This document shows positions 27,935 to 37,133 of a DNA stretch of 59,322 nt, one piece after another. Numbering within the stretch: the first letter of the stretch is position 1; the number at the start of each line of letters is the position of its first letter. The stretch comes from Spirochaetia bacterium (lineage in GTDB: Bacteria; Spirochaetota; Spirochaetia; CADAEX01), in contig CAXXHA010000009.1 of NCBI GenBank assembly GCA_963662265.2, forward strand, positions 1-59,322, given 5' to 3'. The position numbers and the translations under genes are program-made. The notes below the pieces were generated by a model. The model was not told the origin of the DNA. It was given only the letters and a program-made list of their open reading frames with translations, and did no database searches.

Positions 27935-29509
27935 CTATAAATCGAATCCGCAGTATGAAAGATTGAAACTCTTGTTACACACAGGGAAATCAGATATTTC
28001 CTCCCCTCTCAGGGCAAGGGCAAGACCGAACCAGTTGTGAAAAGAGGGATCAACAATCTTGTACTTAAGCAGCTTTCCGCTGCTGTCAGTTACAGCTGTA
28101 TGGCAGACTTCACCTCTCCACCCTTCAACAAGAGAAACAGATATTGAATCGGGAGAAAGATTTAAATCAGCTTCCTTTCTTATCTTTCCGGATGGGAGTT
28201 CCTTAAGCATTTTTTCGATGAATTTCACAGATTCAAGCACCTCAAGCCATCTTACATAGCCCCTGGCATAGACATCGCCTCTCTGGGAAGTAGAAACAGG
28301 AAGGTAAGAAAACCTGTAGGAACCGGAAGGATGGTCTTTCCGGATATCCCTTACACATCCGGAAGCCCTCGCAGAGGGGCCGACCATTCCGATAAGTTCA
28401 GCAGTTTCCCGGGAAAGTTTCCCTGTTTCATCAAACCGTGCAAGTACTGAAGGGTTGTCCCAGAGAAGAGAGACTGCGCTCAGAAAATCTTTCCTTCCTT
28501 CATCGAGTCTTTCAAGAAGCATATTTATTACTTTATCATCAATATCAAAACCGCATCCCCCCGGGACAACAGCACCGCGGCCGAACCTGTTACCGCATAT
28601 CAGGGCAGTCATGTTGAGGAAATCCCCCCTGATCCTTCCGCAGTAGGAAGAGGTGGGTAGAAAACCGATATCACCCGCAAGAGCGCCTATATCGCCGATA
28701 TGGTTTGCGCATCTTTCAAGCTCAAGAGCAACAGCTCTGACAGCCTCACCCCTTGCAGTGGTCCCGGATTCCGAGAGCACTTCCATATTCTGGCAGTATG
28801 CAGTCGAGTGGGCTATTGTTGAATCCCCGGAAGCAGCACCTATTCTGTATAGTGTATTTTTAAAAGGTCCACCTTCAAGGCTTTTCTCAATACCCCGGTG
28901 CTGATATCCAAGTGAAATCTCAAGGTGATATACTTTTTCCCCGTGGCACTGGAACCTGAAATGCCCGGGCTCGATAATCCCTGCATGTATAGGTCCTACG
29001 CCGACCTCATGAATCTCATCTCCTTCAATCCTGAAAAAATCCATATCCCCTGCTTTTAGACACTTATCTTCACTATCCCTGCTGCCTTTTTCGGAGGACA
29101 TCTCATTTCCCTCGAAGGAGGGACTGACGGATCCCTTTTCAGCCTTTTCATTGCATGAGGGAAACCTCACAGGTTTCAGCCAGGGATGGCCTTCAGGTTT
29201 AATTCCTGACTGTTCATATATTTCCCTTTCAAAGAGATGAAACTGCGGGGCTAAGGGGGTAAGTGATTCGAAGGAGTTTTCTGTAACAATCATGGAGAGA
29301 AGATTGAGAGTTCCTTTTGCATCATCGCATATGACAAGGTAAAGGACATCATCCCCCCTGCAGTTTTTCATTGCAAAAAATGAACTGACCCTGCATCTTG
29401 AATAAATCATACCGAGAGCAGCATTTCTGAACTCATCCTCACCAAGGAGAGGAATTGCATTAACAGGTATGATTTTATTATGTCTTATTACAGTGCTGCT
29501 GTTTTTCAT
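27935..29509 (-). CDS. ehrL: Ehr large subunit (HycE/HyfG/NuoCD-like) lacking the NiFe CxxC motifs
   Basis: FEREIYEQ..GHPW, GPIHAGIIEPGHFRF, GYQHRGIEK, ELER..NH and VEGWRGE. The L1 position reads ASGDSTIAH and the C-terminus reads SFNLSYCGFDL. Confidence 0.88.
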   Translation of the reverse strand: MKNSSTVIRHNKIIPVNAIPLLGEDEFRNAALGMIYSRCRVSSFFAMKNCRGDDVLYLVICDDAKGTLNLLSMIVTENSFESLTPLAPQFHLFEREIYEQSGIKPEGHPWLKPVRFPSCNEKAEKGSVSPSFEGNEMSSEKGSRDSEDKCLKAGDMDFFRIEGDEIHEVGVGPIHAGIIEPGHFRFQCHGEKVYHLEISLGYQHRGIEKSLEGGPFKNTLYRIGAASGDSTIAHSTAYCQNMEVLSESGTTARGEAVRAVALELERCANHIGDIGALAGDIGFLPTSSYCGRIRGDFLNMTALICGNRFGRGAVVPGGCGFDIDDKVINMLLERLDEGRKDFLSAVSLLWDNPSVLARFDETGKLSRETAELIGMVGPSARASGCVRDIRKDHPSGSYRFSYLPVSTSQRGDVYARGYVRWLEVLESVKFIEKMLKELPSGKIRKEADLNLSPDSISVSLVEGWRGEVCHTAVTDSSGKLLKYKIVDPSFHNWFGLALALRGEEISDFPVCNKSFNLSYCGFDL

Positions 29510-30981
29510 AGCCTGATTCCTTTTTCAATAATTTCTGCGGCACTGGAAAGAAAATCCTGATATCCCTGGGGAAGATAAAGACCTGTTACAAGCAGTACAG
29601 AAAGAGACAGCAGGATAATAATCATTTCAAGCTTCCCCTGTTTACCAGTATTTTTTACCCTGCATGCCTGCCGCGACAAAACCATATCAAGAATATTTTT
29701 CAATATGCTTATAAATACTGCAAGTAAGCAGAACAGGAAGAGGGAAAACAGGAGAAACCGTCCCTTTTCAAACATTTCCCTCAGGATCATGAATTCGCTG
29801 AAAAACAGGGAGAACGGTGCAACCCCTATCAGGATGAGCATTGAAACAAGAAATGAAAATCCCCTTACAGGCATATTCTTCAGCACAGCTGTGATTTTAT
29901 TCATATCCCTTGTGCCGTAACTGTTGATTATAGATCCTGAAGTGAAAAAAGCAATCATCTTGGACAGGGAATGGTTTACAGAATGAAAAAGGGCAGCAAA
30001 TATTCCAACCCCTCCGAGTCCGAGCCCTATTGCAATTATCCCCATATGTTCTATGCTGCAGTAGGCCAGGAGCCGTTTCACATCTTTCTGGACAGGTATG
30101 AAAACCGCTGAAATCAGAAGTGAAAGAAATCCGAGCAGCAGAAGTATGGAATGTGCATCCCGGCTTCTCCCCATTGAAGCATCAACAACAGGCAGATACC
30201 GCATAATCACAAAAAGTGCAGCATTGAGCATGACGCTTGAAAAAACTGCTGATACAGGGGTAGGAGCCTGGCTGTGTGCATCAGGCAGCCATGTATGCAT
30301 CGGGGCAAGCCCGGCCTTTGTACCGAATCCCGCTGCTATAAATATAAATGCAAAAAGCATGATTTCAGGATTGAGTTCAGAGGCATGACTGCTGAGAAAA
30401 GTGAATGTATAAACCGGTTCAGCAGCAGAAACATCTCTTAATGATGCTGCAATCAGAAGGGTTCCTATAAATGCAAGTCCGATACCGACAGAACACACAA
30501 GCAGGTATTTCCACATAGCTTCAAGCGAAAGAGATTCATTTTCAGATATAATCAGAAACGCCGAGATTACTGTTGTTGCCTCAACAGCAACCCATGTAAA
30601 ACCTATGTTGTTTGACAGTATCACCATAAGAAGCATGAGGTGGAATCCCTGCCACAGCATGGAAAACCGCCTGAAGTGAAAGGCTGTTGATATCCCTGAA
30701 AAATATCCTGACATATAAACAGCGGATGAGAAAAAAATAATATTTACAAGCAGAATATGGAAAACTGCCAGATGGTCAATTACAAAAAGGTTACCGAAAA
30801 ACATGAAAGGACCTGATTTGAAAAATTCCGCAATCGGGAAAACTGACAATATCAGGGCTGATAACGAAGTATACAGAATAACCTTTATCATATCCTTTTC
30901 TCTTTTCATCAGTAACTCGGATGAAATACCTGCTGCAAAAAATAGCGCTGTGAGAACAGCTGATGTCTCTACTGAAATCAT
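29506..30981 (-). CDS. hyfF: Proton-pumping antiporter-like membrane subunit (HyfF/NuoN-like)
   Basis: WVAVEATT, LEAMWKY, GFGTKAGLAPMHTWLPDAHSQAPTPVSA and KRLLAYCSIEHMG. Confidence 0.88.
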   Translation of the reverse strand: MISVETSAVLTALFFAAGISSELLMKREKDMIKVILYTSLSALILSVFPIAEFFKSGPFMFFGNLFVIDHLAVFHILLVNIIFFSSAVYMSGYFSGISTAFHFRRFSMLWQGFHLMLLMVILSNNIGFTWVAVEATTVISAFLIISENESLSLEAMWKYLLVCSVGIGLAFIGTLLIAASLRDVSAAEPVYTFTFLSSHASELNPEIMLFAFIFIAAGFGTKAGLAPMHTWLPDAHSQAPTPVSAVFSSVMLNAALFVIMRYLPVVDASMGRSRDAHSILLLLGFLSLLISAVFIPVQKDVKRLLAYCSIEHMGIIAIGLGLGGVGIFAALFHSVNHSLSKMIAFFTSGSIINSYGTRDMNKITAVLKNMPVRGFSFLVSMLILIGVAPFSLFFSEFMILREMFEKGRFLLFSLFLFCLLAVFISILKNILDMVLSRQACRVKNTGKQGKLEMIIILLSLSVLLVTGLYLPQGYQDFLSSAAEIIEKGIRL

Positions 30982-31628
30982 TTATATAGCCTCTCGAGTG
31001 AATCTGTGTTTACTGAATCAAAATGGATATGAATATAGTTTACTGCTGCCACCATGATTACAACCCCTGCAAGAAGATCAAGAAGAACACCTAATTCAAT
31101 AAATAAAGGCTGACCCGATGCAATTGAAATCCCGAGGATAAAACCAGCATTTTCAAAAACCAGATACCCTATTATTTGTGCAATGATGTTTCTTCTTCCC
31201 GCAATTATAAACATCCCGACAATGACAGAGGCAAATCCTGCGGCAGTATGGAAGGGGGAAATACTCAGGTAAAAAAGAGGCAGTTTCCTGACAAGGTAGA
31301 ATGATCCGTAGGTTATCAGCAGACCTGAAACAACAGAAACTGAGTAACCTATATACGGATTCAGTTCTTTTTTAACCTTGACATTTTCAGATACCTTCCT
31401 GAGATAATAAGGGATGACAAGTCCCTTGATAACTATACTGAGAAAGGAGAGAACAAGAATTTCAGCAATATTTCCGAATTCAAAGTGGATGAAAAAAGGA
31501 AGAATACTTATAACAGTCCCCTGAAAAGCAATCCCCCTGATCATCGCCCCTATCCTGCTTGTTCCCAGAAGATAGATATTACTCAATACTATTAAAAGAG
31601 ATAATAATAAAAATAAATTGTTTCCCAT
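30978..31628 (-). CDS. hyfE: HyfE-like membrane subunit
   Basis: About 7 TM segments; QIIGYLVFENA and IELGVLLDL. Confidence 0.85.
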   Translation of the reverse strand: MGNNLFLLLSLLIVLSNIYLLGTSRIGAMIRGIAFQGTVISILPFFIHFEFGNIAEILVLSFLSIVIKGLVIPYYLRKVSENVKVKKELNPYIGYSVSVVSGLLITYGSFYLVRKLPLFYLSISPFHTAAGFASVIVGMFIIAGRRNIIAQIIGYLVFENAGFILGISIASGQPLFIELGVLLDLLAGVVIMVAAVNYIHIHFDSVNTDSLERLYK

Positions 31629-31632
31629 AATG

Positions 31633-32556
31633 CTAACCCAGAACCTTACTGAAAGATAGAAAAAAACCGAGAAAAGCTGCTGTCCCTGCGCTGAAAATCA
31701 GCTTAGGAACCTTTAACAGGGACGCCCTTGCAAGAACTGACTCAACCACACCTGCCGATGCAGCAACAAGAAATATAAAAAAAATCAGAATAAAGGGTTC
31801 AGCTATCGGAGTGACAGGAAGCAGAGTCATAACTGCCCTTGCAATAATAAGTGAAAAGACCCACATCTTTACTGCTGATGCATATTCATAGAGGGCAAGA
31901 TCAGGCCCGCTGTTGTCAAGTATCATCACCTCATGGATCATTGTCAGTTCAAGGTGGGTCTCAGGATCATCAAACGGGATTCTTGCATTTTCAGCAAGCA
32001 TCACAATAAAAAGGGGAATTACTGCAAGAATCATAATAACAGGATTACCTGTATAAGCCTTAACCAGGGCATCTGCGAAAACTGTTGTGTCCTGAATCCT
32101 CAGTATTGTGATTACAGATATGAATGCGGCAGGTTCGCTTAAGGAAGAGAAAAAAGCCTCCCTGGATGCGCCCATCCCTTCGAAAGATGATCCTGTATCA
32201 AGAGCGGAAATAATCATGAAAAACCTGCCGAAGGCAAGAAGGTAAAAAAGCAGTATGAAGTCCCCTGTAAAGGAGACTGCTTTTAAAGTTGATGCAACAG
32301 GTATAAAAACAGCTGATATGACAGTCACTGTAAAAATAATTACAGGTGAAATAAAAAAAACAGATGATGTTACGCTGCTTATGACAAAACCTTTTCTGAA
32401 AAGTTTTGCAAGATCATAATAAAGCTGTAAAAGAGGAGCCCCTTTCCTCCCCGCAAATGCTGCCTTTGTCTTTTTTATAATTCCTGAAAGAAGGGGGGAA
32501 ATTACAAGGGCAGAAAGTATAGAGATAAAAATATTTAACATAGCACAAACTTCCAT
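31633..32556 (-). CDS. hyfC: NuoH/HycD/HyfC-like membrane subunit
   Basis: GRKGAPLLQLYYDLAKL, LDTGSSFEGMGASRE and AENARIPFDDPETHLELTMIHE. Confidence 0.9.
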   Translation of the reverse strand: MEVCAMLNIFISILSALVISPLLSGIIKKTKAAFAGRKGAPLLQLYYDLAKLFRKGFVISSVTSSVFFISPVIIFTVTVISAVFIPVASTLKAVSFTGDFILLFYLLAFGRFFMIISALDTGSSFEGMGASREAFFSSLSEPAAFISVITILRIQDTTVFADALVKAYTGNPVIMILAVIPLFIVMLAENARIPFDDPETHLELTMIHEVMILDNSGPDLALYEYASAVKMWVFSLIIARAVMTLLPVTPIAEPFILIFFIFLVAASAGVVESVLARASLLKVPKLIFSAGTAAFLGFFLSFSKVLG

Positions 32557-34517
32557 ATTATCAGAACAACAACTGTCAGGGCGGCATAAAGAACATATAC
32601 TCCCGCCTTACCACACTGAAACCATCTTAAAAGAGAAAGAATCCTGTCAGCAGCTTTCACCGCCCTCACATATATTCCCGACAGAAACCAGTCGTCAACT
32701 CCTGAACTGAAAGACCAGTTTTTTTCAGGAAACAATTCCTCTGTGAAATTCTTTTCCCTGGAAAGAGCTGTAATCCCTTTAAACTTGTCAACAGCAGCAT
32801 CTGCATATGATGAAGATGTATACTGCATTTTACTTGAAGGGAACAGGTACCCGCACCCCCAGGTTTCTCTGATATTTTTAAATCTTTTCCTGTAAACCCT
32901 TCTTTTGAGTGCCGAAATAACAAGAATAAAAACCAGGGATACTGAAAGAACCAGGCTGACTGTTACCAGGTTATCCTCAAGCATGCTGAAATAAGGGGCT
33001 GTAATATTTCCGGTAAATACTGAAACCGGCTTTTCCAGGAAAGGGAGCAATGCAAATGAAGCAAGCCCGGTTAAAAGTGTGAAAAAGGCAAGTACCAGCA
33101 TGCTTATTCTCATTACCAGGGGTGCTTTCTCAACCGGTGAAAGATCTGTCTTTCGCGGCAGCCCCTGGAAAACAACACCAAAGACTTTGGAAAAACAGAG
33201 GGACGAAAGCCCCCCCACCGCAGCAAGAGAAATCACTGTTACAGAGGAAACCATAGGAAGAAATGAGTCGCTTCCCTTCACTGCGCCTGTAACCGATGAT
33301 ATGTAGATAAATATTTCGCTTATAAAACCGCTGAAAAAAGGGAGCCCTGAAATTGCTATTGAACCTGAGAGAAACAGATAACCTGTCCACGGCATTTTTT
33401 TAAAAAGCCCACCGAGCCTGTCAATTTCTCCGGTACCTGTCTGCCTGATGACAGCACCAGCACAGAGAAACAAAAGCCCCTTGTAAAGAGCATGGTTGAA
33501 TATATGGAGAAAAGCTCCGGCAAATCCGAATATTGAAACAATTTCATTATTATATATCTTACCTGTTATCCCCATGCCGAGGCCGAGCAGAATTATTCCA
33601 ATATTCTCCACACTGGAAAATGCAAGCAGCCTTTTAATATCATGCTGGCCCGAAGCAAACAGTATACCGAGTATCCCTGAAAAAGAGCCGAGAATTATAA
33701 GAGTTACCCCCCACCAGAGCTGAAGAGGAGCAAGGAAAAGGATAATTCTAATTATCCCGTAAATCCCCATTTTTATCATAATCCCTGACATCAGGGCTGA
33801 AACATGGCTAGGAGCTGCAGGATGAGCAAGGGGAAGCCATATATGAAACGGGATAAATCCTGCTTTAAGGCCGAATCCGATCAGGGCTGTGATAAAAATA
33901 AGGTTCATTTTATCAACAGGGAAACTGAATAGCCTGAATGCATTAAAATCAAAACTCCCCGAACATGATGAGAGGAGGAAAAAAGCGGTAAACAGAAAAG
34001 CTGTCCCGACATGTGCTGTTGCAAAATATATCCACCCCGCCCTTCTCACTTTTTTATCTTCATAATCTGTTATAACCAGAAGAAAAGAGGAGAAAGACAT
34101 TATTTCCCATGAGATAATGAAAAGCACGGCATTCCGGGAAAGAAGAACCATTACCATACCTGAAGCAAGCAGGGAATAACTGAACCAGTGCATTCTTCCA
34201 GCCCCGCTGCCTTTAAAATATCTTATTCCGTATGCAGAACATACGGATGTCAGAAACAAAAGAGGTATTAAAAAGAAAAGAGAAATATAATCAATACCGA
34301 TTTTAAATTCAGCAAAAGGAAGCTGCCAGTCTAATGAATATATTTGATCGGCGAAAGTATTGTATCCTGTCACGATTATCAGAAGCAGAGCCAGGCTTGA
34401 GAGGATACAGACGGCAGGGAATATATTCCTGCCTGCAGATTTTTTCCCGCCGGTTTTTATACTGATAATACCTGTAAAAATAATAAGTACAGTATAGAAA
34501 AAAATTATTAAAAGCAT
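32535..34517 (-). CDS. hyfB: Proton-pumping antiporter-like membrane subunit (HyfB/HycC/NuoL-like)
   Basis: WEIMSFSSFLL, KAGFIPFHIWLPLAHPAAPSHVSALMSG, KRLLAFSSVENIG and TWGCGY...MQYT. Confidence 0.9.
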   Translation of the reverse strand: MLLIIFFYTVLIIFTGIISIKTGGKKSAGRNIFPAVCILSSLALLLIIVTGYNTFADQIYSLDWQLPFAEFKIGIDYISLFFLIPLLFLTSVCSAYGIRYFKGSGAGRMHWFSYSLLASGMVMVLLSRNAVLFIISWEIMSFSSFLLVITDYEDKKVRRAGWIYFATAHVGTAFLFTAFFLLSSCSGSFDFNAFRLFSFPVDKMNLIFITALIGFGLKAGFIPFHIWLPLAHPAAPSHVSALMSGIMIKMGIYGIIRIILFLAPLQLWWGVTLIILGSFSGILGILFASGQHDIKRLLAFSSVENIGIILLGLGMGITGKIYNNEIVSIFGFAGAFLHIFNHALYKGLLFLCAGAVIRQTGTGEIDRLGGLFKKMPWTGYLFLSGSIAISGLPFFSGFISEIFIYISSVTGAVKGSDSFLPMVSSVTVISLAAVGGLSSLCFSKVFGVVFQGLPRKTDLSPVEKAPLVMRISMLVLAFFTLLTGLASFALLPFLEKPVSVFTGNITAPYFSMLEDNLVTVSLVLSVSLVFILVISALKRRVYRKRFKNIRETWGCGYLFPSSKMQYTSSSYADAAVDKFKGITALSREKNFTEELFPEKNWSFSSGVDDWFLSGIYVRAVKAADRILSLLRWFQCGKAGVYVLYAALTVVVLIIWKFVLC

Positions 34518-35203
34518 TACATGTTGCTCCCCGAATCATTCAAATCAACAGCTTCAAGAAAAGCATCAAGTATTTCCTCTCTTGATTTATCACTGTTTAT
34601 TTTTTCCCTCAGTTGCCTGTTGTTGAGTACATAGCTTAACCTTGAAAGAATATATAAATGCTCCCTTATATTGGACGTAATAATTACAAAAAGAATATCT
34701 ACAGCCCTGCCGTCCGGTGCTTCAAGATCAACAGCCTTTTCGAGAAAACAGAGTCCTATAATCGGATTCTGAAGATCAAAAACTATCGGGTCCCTGACAT
34801 GTGGGATAGCAATCCCGTTTCCTATGGCAGTGGTTCCAAGCCTTTCCCTTGCCTTGAGAGCATCTGATAAATAATCCCGGTCTATGTAATCGGGAAGATT
34901 TATTACATTTACAACAGATTCAAGAACTTCACATGGAGTCCTTCCTGATACGCGGTAATAGATCCCCCCCCTTTTCAGGCTTTCATAAAGGGTAAACGGT
35001 GTTATTTCCGATTTATTTCTGTCATCAAATATTTCATCGGGAACATTCAGTTTTTTCCGGTTTGTCCATTCAAGAATTTCAGCCTGGTTGAAACGGTAGC
35101 TCTGGCCTACTCTGTAAACTGGTATCTCTTTCTTTGCAATCCATCTGTAAACTGTCTTTTCCGACACAGCAAGAAGCTGCGCAACCTTTTTAACATCAAG
35201 CAC
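34517..35203 (-). CDS. Excisionase/MerR-like HTH (HTH_17) fused to a PTS EIIA (Ntr/Fru-type) domain; putative operon regulator
   Basis: N-terminal VKKVAQLLAVSEKTVYRWIAKKEIPVYRVGQSYRF and C-terminal RERLGTTAIGNGIAIPH with the phospho-His retained. GTG start; the stop overlaps the hyfB ATG (TAATG). Confidence 0.9.
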   Translation of the reverse strand: MLDVKKVAQLLAVSEKTVYRWIAKKEIPVYRVGQSYRFNQAEILEWTNRKKLNVPDEIFDDRNKSEITPFTLYESLKRGGIYYRVSGRTPCEVLESVVNVINLPDYIDRDYLSDALKARERLGTTAIGNGIAIPHVRDPIVFDLQNPIIGLCFLEKAVDLEAPDGRAVDILFVIITSNIREHLYILSRLSYVLNNRQLREKINSDKSREEILDAFLEAVDLNDSGSNM

Positions 35204-35235
35204 TGTATTTATCCAGTTGTTTTTTCACATCTGTA

Positions 35236-35285
35236 AACCTAACAGCAAGGGCAAATACTGTCAACAAATGTCCAAAGATGTCCAA
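35236..35285 (-). promoter_or_regulatory. Promoter of the Ehr operon with three phased direct repeats
   Basis: Minus strand TTGACA (35264-35259), 17 nt, TAGGTT. Plus-strand TGTC(A/C)A occurs at 35259, 35269 and 35279, an exact 10-bp period. Confidence 0.65.
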
Positions 35286-35486
35286 TGGATGAGACTGAAA
35301 TAACTTTATATATCTTAAGTAAATAATTAAAAAATTTTTTTTTGATTTTTTTCATGTTTATGGGAAAACTTTATACTGATTACAAAACAGCTGAATAATC
35401 AGACAGCAGCTGGGAAAACAGGGGATTTTAGAAATACTGAATTACATAATTATTATATACAGGGAAAAACTGGTAAAACAGTTTTT

Positions 35487-36101
35487 TTAGAAATTCCCAT
35501 ATTCAAATACCAGAAAAATATCATCTGTAAATGAACCATCTGCCTCTTCATACGGGTCTTTATCAGAGCTTAGCAGTTTAAATCCGTTTTCACTGAAGAG
35601 AGATATTATATAATCAACTTCAAAGTAGTTATAATATATTTCATCCTTCGCAAAACTGGACAGTTCATATCCCGGTTTTTTCCCTGTCATGAAACTTATA
35701 TAGACTCTGCCGCCCTCTTTTACCAGATGAGGAAGTGTATTGATTAATTCTTCAACCTGTTTGTTTTCAAGATGGACAATAATAAAGGAAAGGCATATAC
35801 CATCATATTTTTTATCTGTATCAAGCTCTTCAACACTTTTATTATGGAAAATACCTTCAGGACAGTTTTTCTCGGCAAGTCTTACCATCTCTTCTGAAAA
35901 ATCTATGCCAGTTACCGACATTTTCTTCTCCGCAAAGAGAGCCGAGTTCAGCCCGGGACCGCAGCCCACATCAAGGATTGAGCTGCCTTCAGCAAAGAAA
36001 GAGGAAAACGAAAGAGCATGGTTTCTGTATGTCAGATTTTTACTGAATTTATCTTCATAGGCAGAAGCACTGTTATTATATGCAAAAAGAGTTTTATTCA
36101 T
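35487..36101 (-). CDS. Class I SAM-dependent methyltransferase
   Basis: ILDVGCGPG, GIDFSEEMV and YDGI...LVKEGG. Confidence 0.9.
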   Translation of the reverse strand: MNKTLFAYNNSASAYEDKFSKNLTYRNHALSFSSFFAEGSSILDVGCGPGLNSALFAEKKMSVTGIDFSEEMVRLAEKNCPEGIFHNKSVEELDTDKKYDGICLSFIIVHLENKQVEELINTLPHLVKEGGRVYISFMTGKKPGYELSSFAKDEIYYNYFEVDYIISLFSENGFKLLSSDKDPYEEADGSFTDDIFLVFEYGNF

Positions 36102-36271
36102 CCTGAGACCTTCCTTGGCTGCTTAATAAAGAAGCTTTCCGGTTTTTTAATACATGATATTGCCTGCCTTACTCTGCAGTGAGAATTGCAGGAATTCATG
36201 ATTTTTTAATAAAATACTCTGAAAATTAAATAAATTCCATACAGAAAGAGTCATATTTCATTGCTGATGAA

Positions 36272-37126
36272 TTATTCAGGATTAACAGTTTTAAAATATT
36301 TTTCGAAAAGCCTTTTATATTTCTCCGATTTTTTAAATTCCCCGAGCTCTTCAGAAAATCTTGCAACAAAGAGGAGATCAACAGTTATTTTGGAAAATAT
36401 CATATAAAGTCCTTCCCTGCTTAAAGCATTTCCTGCCCTGACAACTTTATCCCTGAACTCCTCTTCAGATAAGAAACAATCACTTCGGTGTTTTGACATG
36501 ATAAAGCAATCGATTCGGCTGTTGAGAAGTTTCCGTACCATGGTTTCTTCATCTTTAGAATAATCAAGAGTCCCATGTGTTCTTATGTAGTCAATATAAT
36601 GTTCCGGATACCCGTAACCGCTTACAACTCCGACTATCCTGTTTTCAAGATCAGCCTCAGACTTGTATCCCAGACTCTCTTTGTTTTCAGCTTTCACAAA
36701 AAGATACATTTCTGTTGTTATGAAAGGTTCAACAGGATAATAACAATATCTGCCCCTTTCAGGTGTATAAAAAGCCGTGCAAAGCGCATCTATCTCGCCC
36801 TGAAAAACATTATAAATTCCCCTTCTCCAGGGATATTCTATTATGCTGTATTTTATATCCATATTTCTGAAAACTTCATCAAGGATTTCAGTGCTGAAAC
36901 CGGGATTTTTAATGTCAGTAATTCTGTTATAGGGAAACCAGTTGTCCGTACCTATTTTAAACTCTTCAGAATAAACAGATGCAGAAGGAAGCAGAAGAGA
37001 AAAAAGAATAACAAGAAATGAAATTTTCCTCATGATATATAAATTATAAGTCAAACCGGTTAAAAATATTATTCTATATATAAAAATAATATATTTCTGA
37101 AAAAAAACATTATATAATTTTAACAA
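36272..37126 (-). CDS. Periplasmic substrate-binding protein (SBP family 3-like)
   Basis: Signal peptide (true start probably MRKISF at ~37033), WFPY, PWRRG...GEIDA and VGVVSGYGY. Confidence 0.8.
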   Translation of the reverse strand: MLKLYNVFFQKYIIFIYRIIFLTGLTYNLYIMRKISFLVILFSLLLPSASVYSEEFKIGTDNWFPYNRITDIKNPGFSTEILDEVFRNMDIKYSIIEYPWRRGIYNVFQGEIDALCTAFYTPERGRYCYYPVEPFITTEMYLFVKAENKESLGYKSEADLENRIVGVVSGYGYPEHYIDYIRTHGTLDYSKDEETMVRKLLNSRIDCFIMSKHRSDCFLSEEEFRDKVVRAGNALSREGLYMIFSKITVDLLFVARFSEELGEFKKSEKYKRLFEKYFKTVNPE

Positions 37127-37133
37127 TATTATT

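Noticed and set aside
27935-29509. Functional [NiFe] hydrogenase / formate hydrogenlyase large subunit
   Set aside because: Both CxxC Ni-binding motifs are absent, and the window has no maturation genes or formate dehydrogenase.
34517-35203. Prophage/ICE excisionase or sugar PTS transporter
   Set aside because: No integrase, att sites or EIIB/EIIC genes are present; the HTH is fused to EIIA and coupled to the Ehr operon.
35362-35486. GGGAAAA(A)C at an exact 50-bp period (35362, 35412, 35462)
   Set aside because: Similarity does not extend beyond 8 bp and is plausible by chance in AT-rich DNA.
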